NCBI RefSeq assembly: GCF_039541115.1
Contig: NZ_BAABFP010000005.1
Location: 806,001 to 870,000, forward strand
Source: Angustibacter luteus
GTDB lineage: Bacteria > Actinomycetota > Actinomycetes > Actinomycetales > Angustibacteraceae
Reading direction: 5' to 3'
DNA length: 64,000 bases
This document shows positions 9,290-19,587 of the stretch, piece after piece (position 1 is the first letter of the stretch; every line of letters starts with the position of its first letter). The translations under genes were made by a program, and so were the position numbers. A model generated the notes under the pieces. The model did not search any database. It saw only the letters and a program-made list of their open reading frames with translations, and had not been told where the DNA came from.

Positions 9290-10024
9290 CTACGTGGCTG
9301 GGTGGCGCAGGTCGTGCAGGGCGCGCAGGTCACTGGCCAGCCCGGCGGGCGCGCGGGCCTGCAGTCGGGCACTGGTGCGGACCGGATTGATGGACGTCGT
9401 CGTCACGCGCGCGAAGGCGGCGCCGAGAATCGCTCGGGTCAGGTGCAGGTCCTCGTGCGCCCGCAGGTCGGGCCAACCGCCCGCCTGGTGGTAGGCCGAG
9501 GCCCGGACCCCGAGGTTGGCGCCGTGCACGTGCGAGTGCGAGCCGTCGGCACCGATCTTCTCGCCGTAGCGGGCCTGCCAACCCACGTGCGCGACGTCCA
9601 GCTCGACGGTCCCCAGCACGAGGTCGGCCCCGGCGTCCGCGAGTGCCACCTGGTGGTTGATCCAGTTCGGTGGCACCTGCGAGTCCGCGTCCGTGCTGCA
9701 CACCCAGACGCACTCCGGTTCGAGGTGCGGCACCAGGGAGAGCCCCACCCGCACGCCGAGCTGACGGGCCCGGCCGACTCCCCCGCCGCCCGGCGCGTCG
9801 ACGTCGATCACGGCGGCGACCACCTGGGGGAAGGCGGTGAGCACCACCTCCGTCCCGTCCGTGCAACGGTCGAGGACGACCACCACGTGCACGGGCAGGG
9901 CACTGGCCCCCGCGGCCACGGCCAGGGTGGCCAGGCAGTCCGTCAACCGCTCGCGCTCGTTGCGGGCCGGCACCACGACGACGACCGCGGCCACGTCCGG
10001 CACCGGAACGCCCAGGCCGCTCAC
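9290..10024 (-). CDS. Glycosyltransferase family 2
   Basis: VVVPARNE, VVLDRCTDGT, STDADS, HVHGANLGVRASAY, AHED; GTGA overlap with the catalase stop. Confidence 0.88.
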   Translation of the reverse strand: MSGLGVPVPDVAAVVVVVPARNERERLTDCLATLAVAAGASALPVHVVVVLDRCTDGTEVVLTAFPQVVAAVIDVDAPGGGGVGRARQLGVRVGLSLVPHLEPECVWVCSTDADSQVPPNWINHQVALADAGADLVLGTVELDVAHVGWQARYGEKIGADGSHSHVHGANLGVRASAYHQAGGWPDLRAHEDLHLTRAILGAAFARVTTTSINPVRTSARLQARAPAGLASDLRALHDLRHPAT

Positions 10025-12141
10025 GGTCGGGCGGGAAGGGTGAACTCGGGGAACCGGTCCCAGGCCCGGTGCAGCCCGAGCGCAGCGACCAGGTCCTTGC
10101 GATGGGCTGCGGTGGCGACGTCGGCGACGAGGACGCCGGCCCGGTCGAGCTCGATGCCGGCGGCGGTGAGCGCCTCGACCCCGTCGCCCCACGCCCCGAG
10201 GGCCTTGCAGTGCCGGTACATCTCGTGCAGCAGGACCCGCACCTTGATGTCGTCGGCGCCGCTCGTGCCCGTGGCGACGACGACGGCGTCCAGCTCGATC
10301 GAGCGCACCGTCAGGAACGTCCGGTCGACGGGCAGCCGGGTCTTGCCCTTGCTGACGAAGCCGCCGTGCGGGGCGATGACGAGCAACGTCGCCCCGACCT
10401 TCTCGACCGCGGCCTGCAGCTTCGCCACGCCGGCCAGGTCCGCGCCGTCGGAGACGATCACGCCGACCTGGCGTCCGTCGACCGGGCCCGGCACGGTGAC
10501 CAGCTGGGACAGCGCCGGGGACGGGTTGACCGTCGCCGGCTCGCGAGCGGCCGTCGGGACCGGCAGACCCAGTCCCTCGGCGACGGCCGCGCAGAGCTGG
10601 GCGTCGACGCAGGCCAGGACGGCCAGCTCGCGTTCCTTGACCGACTGCTCGTAGACCTTGCCGAGCTCGAAGGTGAACGCCTCCACGATGTGCGTCTTCT
10701 CGACGTCCGTCATGCTGGCCCAGAACAGGGTGGCCTGGGTGAAGTGGTCGTCGAACGAGACGGGAGCCACGTCGGACACCCCGGTCTGCCGCACGACCTC
10801 ACCGACCACCGGCCGCTGCAGCTGGACGTAGCCGCCGCGGTTCTTGGCAGCGACCTTGGGCTCGCCGCCCTGCAGCGAGTTGGGCAGGTACGCCGCGACG
10901 CCTTCGTGCACGGCCGTCTGGTGCATGCCGTCGCGCAGGTTGTCGTTGACCGCGGCATGCGGGCGGTTGATCGGCAGCTGGCCGAAGTTGGGGCCGCCCA
11001 GCCGGGTGAGCTGGGTGTCCAGGTAGGAGAACATCCGCCCCTGCATCAGCGGGTCGTTCGTGACCTCGATGCCCGGCACGAGGTGGCCGGTGTGGAACGC
11101 CACCTGCTCGGTCTCCGCGAAGTAGTTGGTGGGGTTGGCGTTCAGCGTCAGCCGCCCGAGGGGCTGCACCGGCGCGAGCTCCTCCGGCACGATCTTCGTC
11201 GGGTCGAGCAGGTCGATGCCCTCGAACGTCTCGTCCTCGGTGTCGGGGAACACCTGCACGCCCAGCTCCCACTCGGGGAACGCGCCGGCCTCGATGGCGT
11301 CGGCGAGGTCGCGGCGGTGGAAGTCGGGGTCGGCACCGGCAGCGATCTGCGCCTCCTCCCAGACCAGCGAGTGGATGCCGAGCACAGGCTTCCAGTGGAA
11401 CTTCACCAGGCTCGAGGTGTCGTCGGCCGCGACGAGCCGGAACGTGTGGACGCCGAAGCCCTCCATCGTCCGGTACGAGCGCGGGATGGCCCGGTCGGAC
11501 ATGGCCCAGAGCGTCATGTGGGTGGCCTCGGTGTGCAGCGACACGAAGTCCCAGAAGGTGTCGTGCGCGGACTGCGCCTGCGGGATCTCACGGTCCGGGT
11601 GCGGCTTGCCCGCGTGGATCAGGTCCGGGAACTTGATCGCGTCCTGGATGAAGAAGACCGGCATGTTGTTGCCGACCAGGTCGAACGTCCCCTCGGGCGT
11701 GTAGAACTTCGTCGCGAACCCGCGGACGTCGCGGGCGGTGTCCGCCGAGCCTCGCGAGCCCAGCACCGTGGAGAACCGGACGAAGACCGGCGTCCGCACC
11801 CCTTCGGCGAGGAAGGCGGCCTTCGTGACGTCGCCCGCCGTGCCGTAGGCCTCGAACACGCCGTGCGCGGCGGCACCGCGGGCGTGCACGACGCGCTCCG
11901 GGATGCGCTCGTGGTCGAAGTGGGTCATCTTCTCGCGGAAGTGGAAGTCCTCGACCAGCAGCGGCCCCCGCGCGCCGGCGGTCAGCGAGTGCTCGGTATC
12001 GGGCAACCGGGTGCCCTGGGCCGACGTCAGGAACGTGCCGGACTGGCCGCGGTAGTTGCTGCGCGGGTCGGCGGGCCGGCCAGCAGGGCCGACGGACGAC
12101 GGTGCCTGCTGGTCGGGCTGGCGACGGTCGGCTTCGGGCAT
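10021..12141 (-). CDS. katE: Large-subunit catalase (HPII)
   Basis: [35 protein letters not shown]-terminal DJ-1-like domain; GAGGAG RBS. Confidence 0.96.
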   Translation of the reverse strand: MPEADRRQPDQQAPSSVGPAGRPADPRSNYRGQSGTFLTSAQGTRLPDTEHSLTAGARGPLLVEDFHFREKMTHFDHERIPERVVHARGAAAHGVFEAYGTAGDVTKAAFLAEGVRTPVFVRFSTVLGSRGSADTARDVRGFATKFYTPEGTFDLVGNNMPVFFIQDAIKFPDLIHAGKPHPDREIPQAQSAHDTFWDFVSLHTEATHMTLWAMSDRAIPRSYRTMEGFGVHTFRLVAADDTSSLVKFHWKPVLGIHSLVWEEAQIAAGADPDFHRRDLADAIEAGAFPEWELGVQVFPDTEDETFEGIDLLDPTKIVPEELAPVQPLGRLTLNANPTNYFAETEQVAFHTGHLVPGIEVTNDPLMQGRMFSYLDTQLTRLGGPNFGQLPINRPHAAVNDNLRDGMHQTAVHEGVAAYLPNSLQGGEPKVAAKNRGGYVQLQRPVVGEVVRQTGVSDVAPVSFDDHFTQATLFWASMTDVEKTHIVEAFTFELGKVYEQSVKERELAVLACVDAQLCAAVAEGLGLPVPTAAREPATVNPSPALSQLVTVPGPVDGRQVGVIVSDGADLAGVAKLQAAVEKVGATLLVIAPHGGFVSKGKTRLPVDRTFLTVRSIELDAVVVATGTSGADDIKVRVLLHEMYRHCKALGAWGDGVEALTAAGIELDRAGVLVADVATAAHRKDLVAALGLHRAWDRFPEFTLPARP

Positions 12142-12338
12142 CGGTGACTCCTCGATCGGTACGGATCGGGCGCCACCTTCTGGACACCGGCTGTGGTCGT
12201 GCTCCTCGACCCTACGGTCGATCGCCCGTCGCCGCCCGCCAGGCCGCACAGCACCGCTCCGACTGGCGGCTTCGTGGTTCGCGGCTGAGCATGACCGAGG
12301 AAGATGCGGTGAACCGAACTCGGCAGAAGGGCAGGCGC

Positions 12339-13346
12339 ATGCGTGCTGACGGCTTGCGAGAACCCTTGCGACAGCGATTGTCCGAGGTCGCTGGGCCGGA
12401 CGTGGACGCGGCACTCGCCCTCGCTGCGGACCTCACCGAGCTCGTCCCCAACCCCGCCGGCGGCGACACCGCGCAGCGCTGGGCGCTGCTGAGCGCCCTG
12501 GCCACGCGAGACCTGACGACGGCGCGGGTCGCGGAGGCCCACCTGGACGCCGTCGCCATCCTGCAGGAGGCCGGCGCGGCAGAGGACCTCATCGGGACCA
12601 CGTGGGGGGTGTTCGCGGCAGAGGGCCCAGGCGTCGCGCTCACAGCCACCGCGACGTCGCCGGACGTCTGGCGACTGGACGGCGTGAAGCCCTGGTGCTC
12701 CCTGGCCGGACGCTTGTCGCACGCGTTGGTGACCGCGAGGGTCGGCGACCAGCGTCGGTTGTTCGCGGTGGCCCTGCAGCAGCCCGGCGTCGTCGTCCAA
12801 CCGGGTGCCTGGCACTCCCGGGGGCTGACCGACGTCCCCTCCGGCCCGGTGGCCTTCGACGACGTCCCGGCCCGGCCGGTCGGCGAGGCCGGCTGGTACC
12901 TGACCCGCCCGGGTTTCGCGCACGGCGGCATCGGGGTGGCGGCGTGCTGGTACGGCGGAGCGGTCGGCGTCGCGCTGGCGCTGTACCGGGCCGCCTCGGC
13001 CCGCGAGCCCGACCAGATCGCCCGCTGGCACCTGGGTGCCGTCGACCTCGACCTGCACACGGCCGAGCTCGCGCTGGATGCCGCCGCGGTGCAGGTCGAC
13101 GCCGGGCTCGCGGACGGCACCGCCGGGCAGCTGCTGGCGGTGCGCACGCGCTCGACCGTCGCCGCGGCTGCCGAACGGGTGCTGGGACGCGTCGGGCACG
13201 CCCTGGGGCCGGCGCCACTGGCGCTGGACGCCGACCATGCGCGACGGGTCGCCGACCTGACCGTCTACCTGCGACAGCACCACGCGGAGCGGGACGTCGC
13301 GGCGCTGGGCGAGCAGCTGCTCAGCGCCGGCCGCGCACCGTGGTGA
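12339..13346 (+). CDS. Acyl-CoA dehydrogenase-like protein
   Basis: ARVAEAHLDAVAIL, LDGVKPWCSLAG, YLTRPGF, DLTVYLRQHHAERD; start could be 12291. Confidence 0.85.
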   Translation: MRADGLREPLRQRLSEVAGPDVDAALALAADLTELVPNPAGGDTAQRWALLSALATRDLTTARVAEAHLDAVAILQEAGAAEDLIGTTWGVFAAEGPGVALTATATSPDVWRLDGVKPWCSLAGRLSHALVTARVGDQRRLFAVALQQPGVVVQPGAWHSRGLTDVPSGPVAFDDVPARPVGEAGWYLTRPGFAHGGIGVAACWYGGAVGVALALYRAASAREPDQIARWHLGAVDLDLHTAELALDAAAVQVDAGLADGTAGQLLAVRTRSTVAAAAERVLGRVGHALGPAPLALDADHARRVADLTVYLRQHHAERDVAALGEQLLSAGRAPW

Positions 13347-14731
13347 CCTTCCAGCACACGGACGCCGGGACGCCGGAGGCGCACTGGCGTGACTGGCTGC
13401 GCACCCGTTCGCTGCCTGGCCTGGACCCGGACCGGCTGCTGGCACCGGGCGGGAGGCTGCTCGTCCTGGCTGCGCACCCGGACGACGAGACGTTGGGCGC
13501 CGGCGGTTTGATCGCGATCGCCGCGGAGCGTGGTCTCGACGTCGACGTGGTCATCGCGACCGCGGGCGAGGGCTCGCACCCGCAGTCCAGCACGCTGCGC
13601 GGCGACCTGGCCCGGCTGCGGTCGCGCGAGGTCGTCCGGGCGGTGACACAGCTCGCGCCCACCGCCTCGGTCCACCTGCTGGACCTCCCCGACGGCGGCC
13701 TCACCGAGTGCGCGGTTGCCCTCGCCGACCAGCTGTCCCGACTGGCTCGACCCGCGGCCTCGCCGAGCGGACGGGCGGTGACGGTGCTGGCGGCGCCGTG
13801 GCGCCGCGACGCGCACCCGGACCACGAGGCCGCTGGGGCGGTCGCCGCCGAGCTGGCCGGCGCGCTCGAGGTGCCGCTCCTGGAGTACCCGATCTGGGCA
13901 TGGCACTGGGCCGAGGTGGGCGACGTCCGGGTGCCCTGGGGCACTGCCATGACCCTGGGACTGTCGCCGAAGACGTTGCAGCACAAGCGTTCGGCGATGG
14001 CCTGCCACGAGAGCCAGACGGAGCCGCTGTCCGCCGAGCCGGGCGACGAGGCCCTGCTCAGTGCGGCGGTGCTCGCGCACTTCGAGCGCGAGGTCGAGGT
14101 GTTCTTCGCCAGCGACCCGTCGGCGAGCCTGCCGGCCGGGTACTTCGAGGACTTCTACGCCGGCGCCGGCCCGGACCCCTGGGGGTTCGAGACCCGCTGG
14201 TACGAGCAGCGCAAGCGGGCCCTGACCCTCGCGAGCCTTCCGCGGCAACGGTTCCGGCGCGCCTTCGAACCCGGCTGCTCGACCGGCCTGCTGACCGCGG
14301 AGCTCGCGACTCGCTGCGACGAGGTGATCGCGCTGGACGTGGCCGCGACCGCGGTCGAGCAGGCGCGCACCCGGACCCGGGACCTCGCCGGGGTGCAGGT
14401 CGCCCGCGGCGCGATTCCCGACGACTGGCCGGCTGGGACGTTCGACCTGATCCTGCTCAGTGAGGTCGCCTACTACTGCGCGGGCGCCGACCTCGACGAC
14501 CTGGTCCGGCGGGCGGGCGACTGCCTGGCGGACGACGGGGTGCTGGTTGCCTGCCACTGGCGGCACCCGGTCGACGACTACCCGGTCGGCGGCGATCTCG
14601 TGCACGCGCGCCTGCGCCAGCACCCGAGGCTGCGCCTGCTCGCCGCGCACGAGGAGGAGGACTTCCTGCTTGACGTCCTCGTCCCGGTCCAGACCTTGAG
14701 CGTGGCTCGTCAGGCCGGCCTCACGGACTGA
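13340..14731 (+). CDS. PIG-L/LmbE deacetylase fused to a NodS-like SAM methyltransferase
   Basis: AHPDDETLGAGG and HPDH (PIG-L); DPWGFETRWYEQRKR, EPGCSTG, SEVAYY (NodS-like). Confidence 0.9.
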   Translation: MVTFQHTDAGTPEAHWRDWLRTRSLPGLDPDRLLAPGGRLLVLAAHPDDETLGAGGLIAIAAERGLDVDVVIATAGEGSHPQSSTLRGDLARLRSREVVRAVTQLAPTASVHLLDLPDGGLTECAVALADQLSRLARPAASPSGRAVTVLAAPWRRDAHPDHEAAGAVAAELAGALEVPLLEYPIWAWHWAEVGDVRVPWGTAMTLGLSPKTLQHKRSAMACHESQTEPLSAEPGDEALLSAAVLAHFEREVEVFFASDPSASLPAGYFEDFYAGAGPDPWGFETRWYEQRKRALTLASLPRQRFRRAFEPGCSTGLLTAELATRCDEVIALDVAATAVEQARTRTRDLAGVQVARGAIPDDWPAGTFDLILLSEVAYYCAGADLDDLVRRAGDCLADDGVLVACHWRHPVDDYPVGGDLVHARLRQHPRLRLLAAHEEEDFLLDVLVPVQTLSVARQAGLTD

Positions 14732-14762
14732 GCAGCGTCCGCGGGCAGACCCTCGTCTCCCC

Positions 14763-15485
14763 CTAGGTCCCCTCGACCGCGGCCAGGATGAGCTCGACGG
14801 TCTCGTCGACGTGACTGATGAAGGCGACGTGCGAGCTGCTGATCTCGACCGTGTGCGCGCCCGCCCGGGCCGCCATCGCTCGTTCGGCGACGGGCGGGAT
14901 GGCGTTGTCGTTGCTGGCAACCAGGTACCAGCTCGGGATCGTCTTCCAACCCGCCGGACCGGACGGCGTCCCCAGGCAGGACAGCGCCACGGGCCGCTGG
15001 CTGACGGCCATCACGGCGGCCTGCTCGGCCGGCAGGTCGGCGCAGAAGAGCTCGTGGAAGTACTCCGGGTCGATGTAGCCGTCGCCGTCGCCCTCGGGCG
15101 CCCCAGGGTAGGGACGCACGAGGAGGTGCTCGGGGAGACTGTTCGACGCGCCGTCGAGCGCACCTGCCGCGCCCAACGTCTCGCCCTCGTCGGGGACGTA
15201 GGCAGCGATGTAGACCAGCGCCCGAACGTTCGGCGCACCGGCGCTGGCATTGGTGATCACCGAGCCGCCGTAGGAGTGCCCGACCAGGACGACGGGGCCT
15301 TCGATCGTCGCCACGAAGCTCCGTACGGAGTCGCCGTCGCTGATCACCCCGCGCAGCGGGTTCGCCGGCGCGTAGGCGGTGTAGCCGAGCGCCGACAGGC
15401 GTTGGATCACCGATGACCAGCCGGACGCATCGGCGAACGCGCCGTGGACCAGGACGATGGTCGGCTTGGAGTCTGGCTCTGCCAT
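14763..15485 (-). CDS. Alpha/beta hydrolase
   Basis: VLVHGAFADASGW, GHSYGG nucleophile elbow, SSHVAF. Confidence 0.9.
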   Translation of the reverse strand: MAEPDSKPTIVLVHGAFADASGWSSVIQRLSALGYTAYAPANPLRGVISDGDSVRSFVATIEGPVVLVGHSYGGSVITNASAGAPNVRALVYIAAYVPDEGETLGAAGALDGASNSLPEHLLVRPYPGAPEGDGDGYIDPEYFHELFCADLPAEQAAVMAVSQRPVALSCLGTPSGPAGWKTIPSWYLVASNDNAIPPVAERAMAARAGAHTVEISSSHVAFISHVDETVELILAAVEGT

Positions 15486-15581
15486 GGTGGCCTCACGTCT
15501 GTGGGTCGGGCGACTGCGGAGGTGGACCTTCAGCATCGGCCGCACGCGCAGGTCTGTCTACGCCCGCCCACCTCGTGGACA

Positions 15582-15917
15582 CGGCGCGTGCACTACTCCT
15601 TCGGCCAGCTGCTGACACCCGAGGACCTGCAGGCCGAGCAGGACTACCACCGGGAGATGCGCTACCGGCACAACCGGCTGCTCGGGCACGGCGTGGTGCA
15701 GGGACTGGGCGTCACCATCGGCGACGGCGCAACGGTCGTCGTGGGAGCCGGATCGGCGATCGACTCGTGCGGCCGCGAGCTCGTCCTCACCGGCGACGCC
15801 GTCGTCGACGTCACGGGTACGTCGCAGCCCGAGGGGCCGCTGGACCTCACGGCAACCTGGGCTCAGGAGTCCCGTCCGGTGAGGCGCCGGCCGAGTCCGT
15901 GGTCCTGGCGCGGTTGA
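15582..15917 (+). pseudogene. Fragment resembling the N-terminal domain of phage-tail/contractile injection system proteins
   Basis: RVHYSFGQLLTPEDLQAEQDYHRE...HNRLLGHGVVQGLGV...GSAIDSCGRELV; short, no clear start, probable frameshift near 15870. Confidence 0.55.
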
Positions 15918-15942
15918 CGGTGTCCGGCGGTGAGGGCGCAGG

Positions 15943-15998
15943 CGCAAGGCTTCCGTAAGAACGTGAACGCGTCCGGACGACCTCGCGCGACCTACGGT
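15943..15998 (+). promoter_or_regulatory. Response-regulator direct-repeat box plus -10 of a leaderless promoter
   Basis: CGCAAG-gcttc-CGTAAG (15943-15959); TACGGT at 15993-15998, 6 nt before ATG 16005. Confidence 0.7.
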
Positions 15999-16004
15999 GG
16001 CGGG

Positions 16005-16994
16005 ATGCGCATCGTGGTGACCGGTGGCCAGGGGTTCATCGGACGGCAGGTCGTACCGGCGGCCACCGAGCAGGGTGACGACGTGCACGTCCTGGACCTG
16101 GCCGACGGCTGCGACGTCCGCGACGCCGACTCGACACGAGCGGCGCTCGCGGGCGCCGACGTGGTCGTCCACCTCGCTGCCAAGGTCGGCGTGGAGCAAG
16201 GCCTGGACGACGTCGCCGACTACGTCTCGCACAATGCCGTCGGGACCTCGGTCGTCCTCGCTGCGGCAGCCGCGTGCGGCGTCCCGCGCGTGGTCCTGGC
16301 CAGCTCGATGGTCGTGTACGGCGACGGGATCGCGCGGTGTGCCGAGCACGGCGAGGTGCGCCCGGCCCCACGCCGGGCCGTCGACCTGCGCGAAGGCAGG
16401 TTCGAGCCGCCCTGCCCCACCTGCGGGGCCGCACTGTCCCCGATGCTGGTCGGCGAGGACGTGCCCGCGGACCCACGCAGCGGCTACGCCTTGACGAAGG
16501 CCTGCCAGGAGCAGCTGGCCGAGCTCTGGGCCCGTCAGAGCGACGGATCCGTTGTGGCACTGCGGTTCCACAATGTCTACGGCCCGGGCCTGCCGCGCGA
16601 TACCCCGTACGCCGGCGTCGCGGCGATCTTCCGGTCCGCCGTGCTGTCGGGCCAGGCACCGGTGGTCACGGAGGACGGCGCGCAGCGCCGGGACCTGGTC
16701 CACGTCCGGGACGTTGCGCGGGCCTGCGTGGTGGCGGCGCACACGGACGTCGTCGCGCCCGGCACGCTGCGGGCCTACAACGTCGGGAGCGGCACCGTCC
16801 GCACGGTGCTCGACCTCGCGACGGTCATGAGCGACGCCGCAGGCGGCCCGCCGCCGGTGGTCAGCGGACAGGGGCGGCTGACCGACGTCCGGCACATCAC
16901 GGCCTCCAGCGAGCGGGCAGCACGCGAGCTCGGCTGGCGGGCGACGGAGGACTTCGCCGCGGGCGTCCGCGAGCTGCTCAGCGAACCGGGCTGA
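16005..16994 (+). CDS. NAD-dependent epimerase/dehydratase
   Basis: VVTGGQGFIG, HLAAKVG, SSMVVYG, YALTK, LRFHNVYGP; CxxH and CxxC insert. Confidence 0.92.
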   Translation: MRIVVTGGQGFIGRQVVPAATEQGDDVHVLDLADGCDVRDADSTRAALAGADVVVHLAAKVGVEQGLDDVADYVSHNAVGTSVVLAAAAACGVPRVVLASSMVVYGDGIARCAEHGEVRPAPRRAVDLREGRFEPPCPTCGAALSPMLVGEDVPADPRSGYALTKACQEQLAELWARQSDGSVVALRFHNVYGPGLPRDTPYAGVAAIFRSAVLSGQAPVVTEDGAQRRDLVHVRDVARACVVAAHTDVVAPGTLRAYNVGSGTVRTVLDLATVMSDAAGGPPPVVSGQGRLTDVRHITASSERAARELGWRATEDFAAGVRELLSEPG

Positions 16995-18111
16995 CATCCG
17001 GCCCACCGGGCAGCGTGATGTCGAACCGGCAGCCCGGTGGCACGTTGCTGACGCTGACCTGACCGTCGTGGGCGGCCACGATGCCTTGGGTCACGGCCAG
17101 GCCGAGCCCCCCGCCGCCGTCCGGGCCGCTGAACCGGGCGGACCGGCCACGCCAGGCCAGGTCGAAGACCCGGGACAGGTCCTCCGCTGGTATGCCACCA
17201 CAGGCGTCCTGGACGCTGATCCGGATGCCGTCGGCGACCTGCTCGGCGTGCACCGACACCTCGCCCTGGGCTGGTGTGTGGTGGACGCCGTTGATCAGCA
17301 GGTTCGTCAACGCTCGGGAGATCTGGCTCGGGTCGACGGAGGCGACCAGGCCGGGATCGACGTCCCCGCTCACGACCACCTTGCGGATCTCGGCGACGGG
17401 CGCCACGGAAGCCACCGCGTCCGACACGAGGTCGCGCAGGTTCATCCGCTCCGGGTGCGGCGGCAGCGCGCCGGCATGCAGGCGCGAGAGCAGGAACAGC
17501 GTGTCCACCATCTCGGACAACCGGTCGGACTCGATCCGCAGCCGTTTGTGGTACTCGCTGGGATCGTCCAGCACACCGTCCTCGAGCGCCTCGGCCATCG
17601 CCCGGATCCCGGCCAACGGCGTGCGCAGGTCGTGCGAGACCCAGGCCACCAGCTCGCGACGCGACGTCTCGGCAGCCCGCTCACCGTCGCGGGCCGCACG
17701 CAGCGCGGAGTCCGCGGCGAGCAGCCGGTCCTGCACGCAGGCCAGCTCACTGGACACCATCCGGGCGCCCCGCGGCGGTTCGCTGCCACCGACCTGGCTG
17801 GCCGTGAGGGCCAACGAGTCGGCCGCCTGGGACACCGCGCGCGCCAGCCAGAAGGCCAGGCCGCACGCCAGCGGGAGGGCGGCGGCCAGGGTGAGCGCGA
17901 CCACGATCCCGTCGTGCGTCGACAGGAACATCACGTGCGAGTCGACCGCGACGGCCGCTCCGACCGCAGCGAGGACGACGACCGAGATCGCCACCAGCAG
18001 CGTGGCCAGCCCTCGGCCGTGCAACCGCCGGATCGTCAGCTGGCCGGCGAAGCCCACGACGAGCACGCACGCCGCGGCGATGGCGACGACCGTGACCTCG
18101 TCGGTGCTCAC
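16978..18111 (-). CDS. Membrane sensor histidine kinase
   Basis: N-terminal TMs, WVSHDLRTPL H-box, NLLINGVHHT, GGGLGLAV G-box; GTGA overlap with the regulator. Confidence 0.93.
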   Translation of the reverse strand: MSTDEVTVVAIAAACVLVVGFAGQLTIRRLHGRGLATLLVAISVVVLAAVGAAVAVDSHVMFLSTHDGIVVALTLAAALPLACGLAFWLARAVSQAADSLALTASQVGGSEPPRGARMVSSELACVQDRLLAADSALRAARDGERAAETSRRELVAWVSHDLRTPLAGIRAMAEALEDGVLDDPSEYHKRLRIESDRLSEMVDTLFLLSRLHAGALPPHPERMNLRDLVSDAVASVAPVAEIRKVVVSGDVDPGLVASVDPSQISRALTNLLINGVHHTPAQGEVSVHAEQVADGIRISVQDACGGIPAEDLSRVFDLAWRGRSARFSGPDGGGGLGLAVTQGIVAAHDGQVSVSNVPPGCRFDITLPGGPDVSPVR

Positions 18112-18800
18112 GCGGCCTCGTCCCACCGGTAGCCGGCTCCCCACACGGTGACCAGCCGGGTCGGGGCCGACGGGTCGTCCTCGACCTTCTCCCTCAGCCG
18201 ACGCACGTGCACGGTCACGGTCGAGTCGTCGCCGAACGACCACCCCCACACCCGGTGCATGAGGACCTCCCGGGAGAAGACCTGCCCGGGGTGCTCCACC
18301 AGGAAGGCCAGCAGGTCCAGCTCGCGGGTGGTGAGCTGCAACCGCTGGCCGGCGCGGGTGACGACCCGCGCCGCCGTGTCCACCACCAGGTCGCCCGAGG
18401 CCAGCGTGGTGCCGACGACCCCGGCGTCAGGGGCGCTGCGCCGCAGCAGTGCCTGGACGCGCAGCAACAGCTCGCGCGGGCTGAACGGCTTCGTGACGTA
18501 GTCGTCGGCGCCGGTCTCGAAGCCGGCGATGCGGTCGATCTCGTCCCCGAGCGCGGTCAGCAGGATGATCGGCAGCAGGCTCGTGAGCGGGTCGGCACGC
18601 AGACGTCGACAGACCTCGAGCCCGTCCGGCGGCCCCATCATCACGTCCAGCACGGCGACGTCGACCTGCTCGCGCCGCACGATGGCGAGCGCTGCCGCAC
18701 CGTCGACGGCGGGCACGGGGGTGATGCCGGCCCGGCGAAGGTAGTCGCACACCACCTGGGAGACCGTCGGGTCGTCGTCCGCCACCAGCACCGTCGGCAT
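18108..18800 (-). CDS. OmpR-family response regulator
   Basis: VLVADDD, LDVMM, GADDYVTKPFSPREL, TVTVHVRRLREK, TVWGAGY; TACAGT -10 7 nt upstream (leaderless). Confidence 0.95.
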   Translation of the reverse strand: MPTVLVADDDPTVSQVVCDYLRRAGITPVPAVDGAAALAIVRREQVDVAVLDVMMGPPDGLEVCRRLRADPLTSLLPIILLTALGDEIDRIAGFETGADDYVTKPFSPRELLLRVQALLRRSAPDAGVVGTTLASGDLVVDTAARVVTRAGQRLQLTTRELDLLAFLVEHPGQVFSREVLMHRVWGWSFGDDSTVTVHVRRLREKVEDDPSAPTRLVTVWGAGYRWDEAA

Positions 18801-18861
18801 GCTCGCCACTGTAGGTGCGCCCGACGCCCGCCACCACGGTTCTCGCCGCCAGTGCCCGTGC

Positions 18862-18918
18862 CGCAAGGATTCCGTAAGGCGATGGACGCGGCCGTCCGCC
18901 CGGACCGGCCCCTAGCGT
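18862..18918 (+). promoter_or_regulatory. Response-regulator direct-repeat box plus -10 of a leaderless promoter
   Basis: CGCAAG-gattc-CGTAAG (18862-18878); TAGCGT at 18913-18918, 6 nt before ATG 18925. Confidence 0.72.
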
Positions 18919-18924
18919 CGAGGC

Positions 18925-19587
18925 ATGCAGGTGGATGTGGTGCTGCCGTGCCTCGACGAGGCGCCGGCCCTGGCGAAGGTGCTCGGTGCGGTGCCGGCGG
19001 GGCTTCGTCCGATCGTCGTGGACAACGGATCGACGGACGGTTCGCCCGAGCTCGCCCGCGCGCTGGGGGCGCGGGTGGTGCTCGAGCCGCGACGGGGCTA
19101 CGGCGCGGCCTGTCATCGCGGACTGCTGGCGGCGACGTCGGACGTCGTCGCGTTCTGCGACGCGGATGCCTCGGTGGACCTGCACGACGTCCTCGCCCTC
19201 GCGCAGTGGCTGTCGGACGGCCGCGCCGACCTGCTGGTCGGACGGCGGGTCGCGGCGCCCGGGGCCTGGCCGGCACACGCTCGGCTGGCCAACGCCGCGC
19301 TGAGCCTGCCGATGAGCCTGGCCGCCCGCCACCGGCTGCACGACCTCGGACCGGTGCGGGTGGCCCGGCGCGAGGACCTCCTGGCGCTCGGTGTGCGTGA
19401 CCGGAGATCCGGCTACCCGCTCGAGACCGTGCTGCGCGCGGCCCGGGCCGGGTGGCGGGTCCGTGAGGCACCGATCGCCTACTCCCCCAGGCTGGGTCGC
19501 TCGAAGGTGACCGGGACGGCCCGGGGCACGCTGCGTGCGGTCGCCGACATGTCCGCGGTCCTGGCCTACCAGGGCTGGGTGCGATGA
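18925..19587 (+). CDS. GT2 glycosyltransferase (polyprenol-phosphate sugar synthase-like)
   Basis: VVLPCLDEA, VVDNGSTDGS, RRGYGAAC, FCDADAS, GRSKVTGT. Confidence 0.9.
   Translation: MQVDVVLPCLDEAPALAKVLGAVPAGLRPIVVDNGSTDGSPELARALGARVVLEPRRGYGAACHRGLLAATSDVVAFCDADASVDLHDVLALAQWLSDGRADLLVGRRVAAPGAWPAHARLANAALSLPMSLAARHRLHDLGPVRVARREDLLALGVRDRRSGYPLETVLRAARAGWRVREAPIAYSPRLGRSKVTGTARGTLRAVADMSAVLAYQGWVR

Noticed and set aside
12351..12372. Minus-strand CGCAAG-N6-CGCAAG resembling the two-component box
   Set aside because: It lies within the acyl-CoA dehydrogenase coding start, has a 12-bp rather than 11-bp period, and lacks TTCCGTAAG and the spaced -10.
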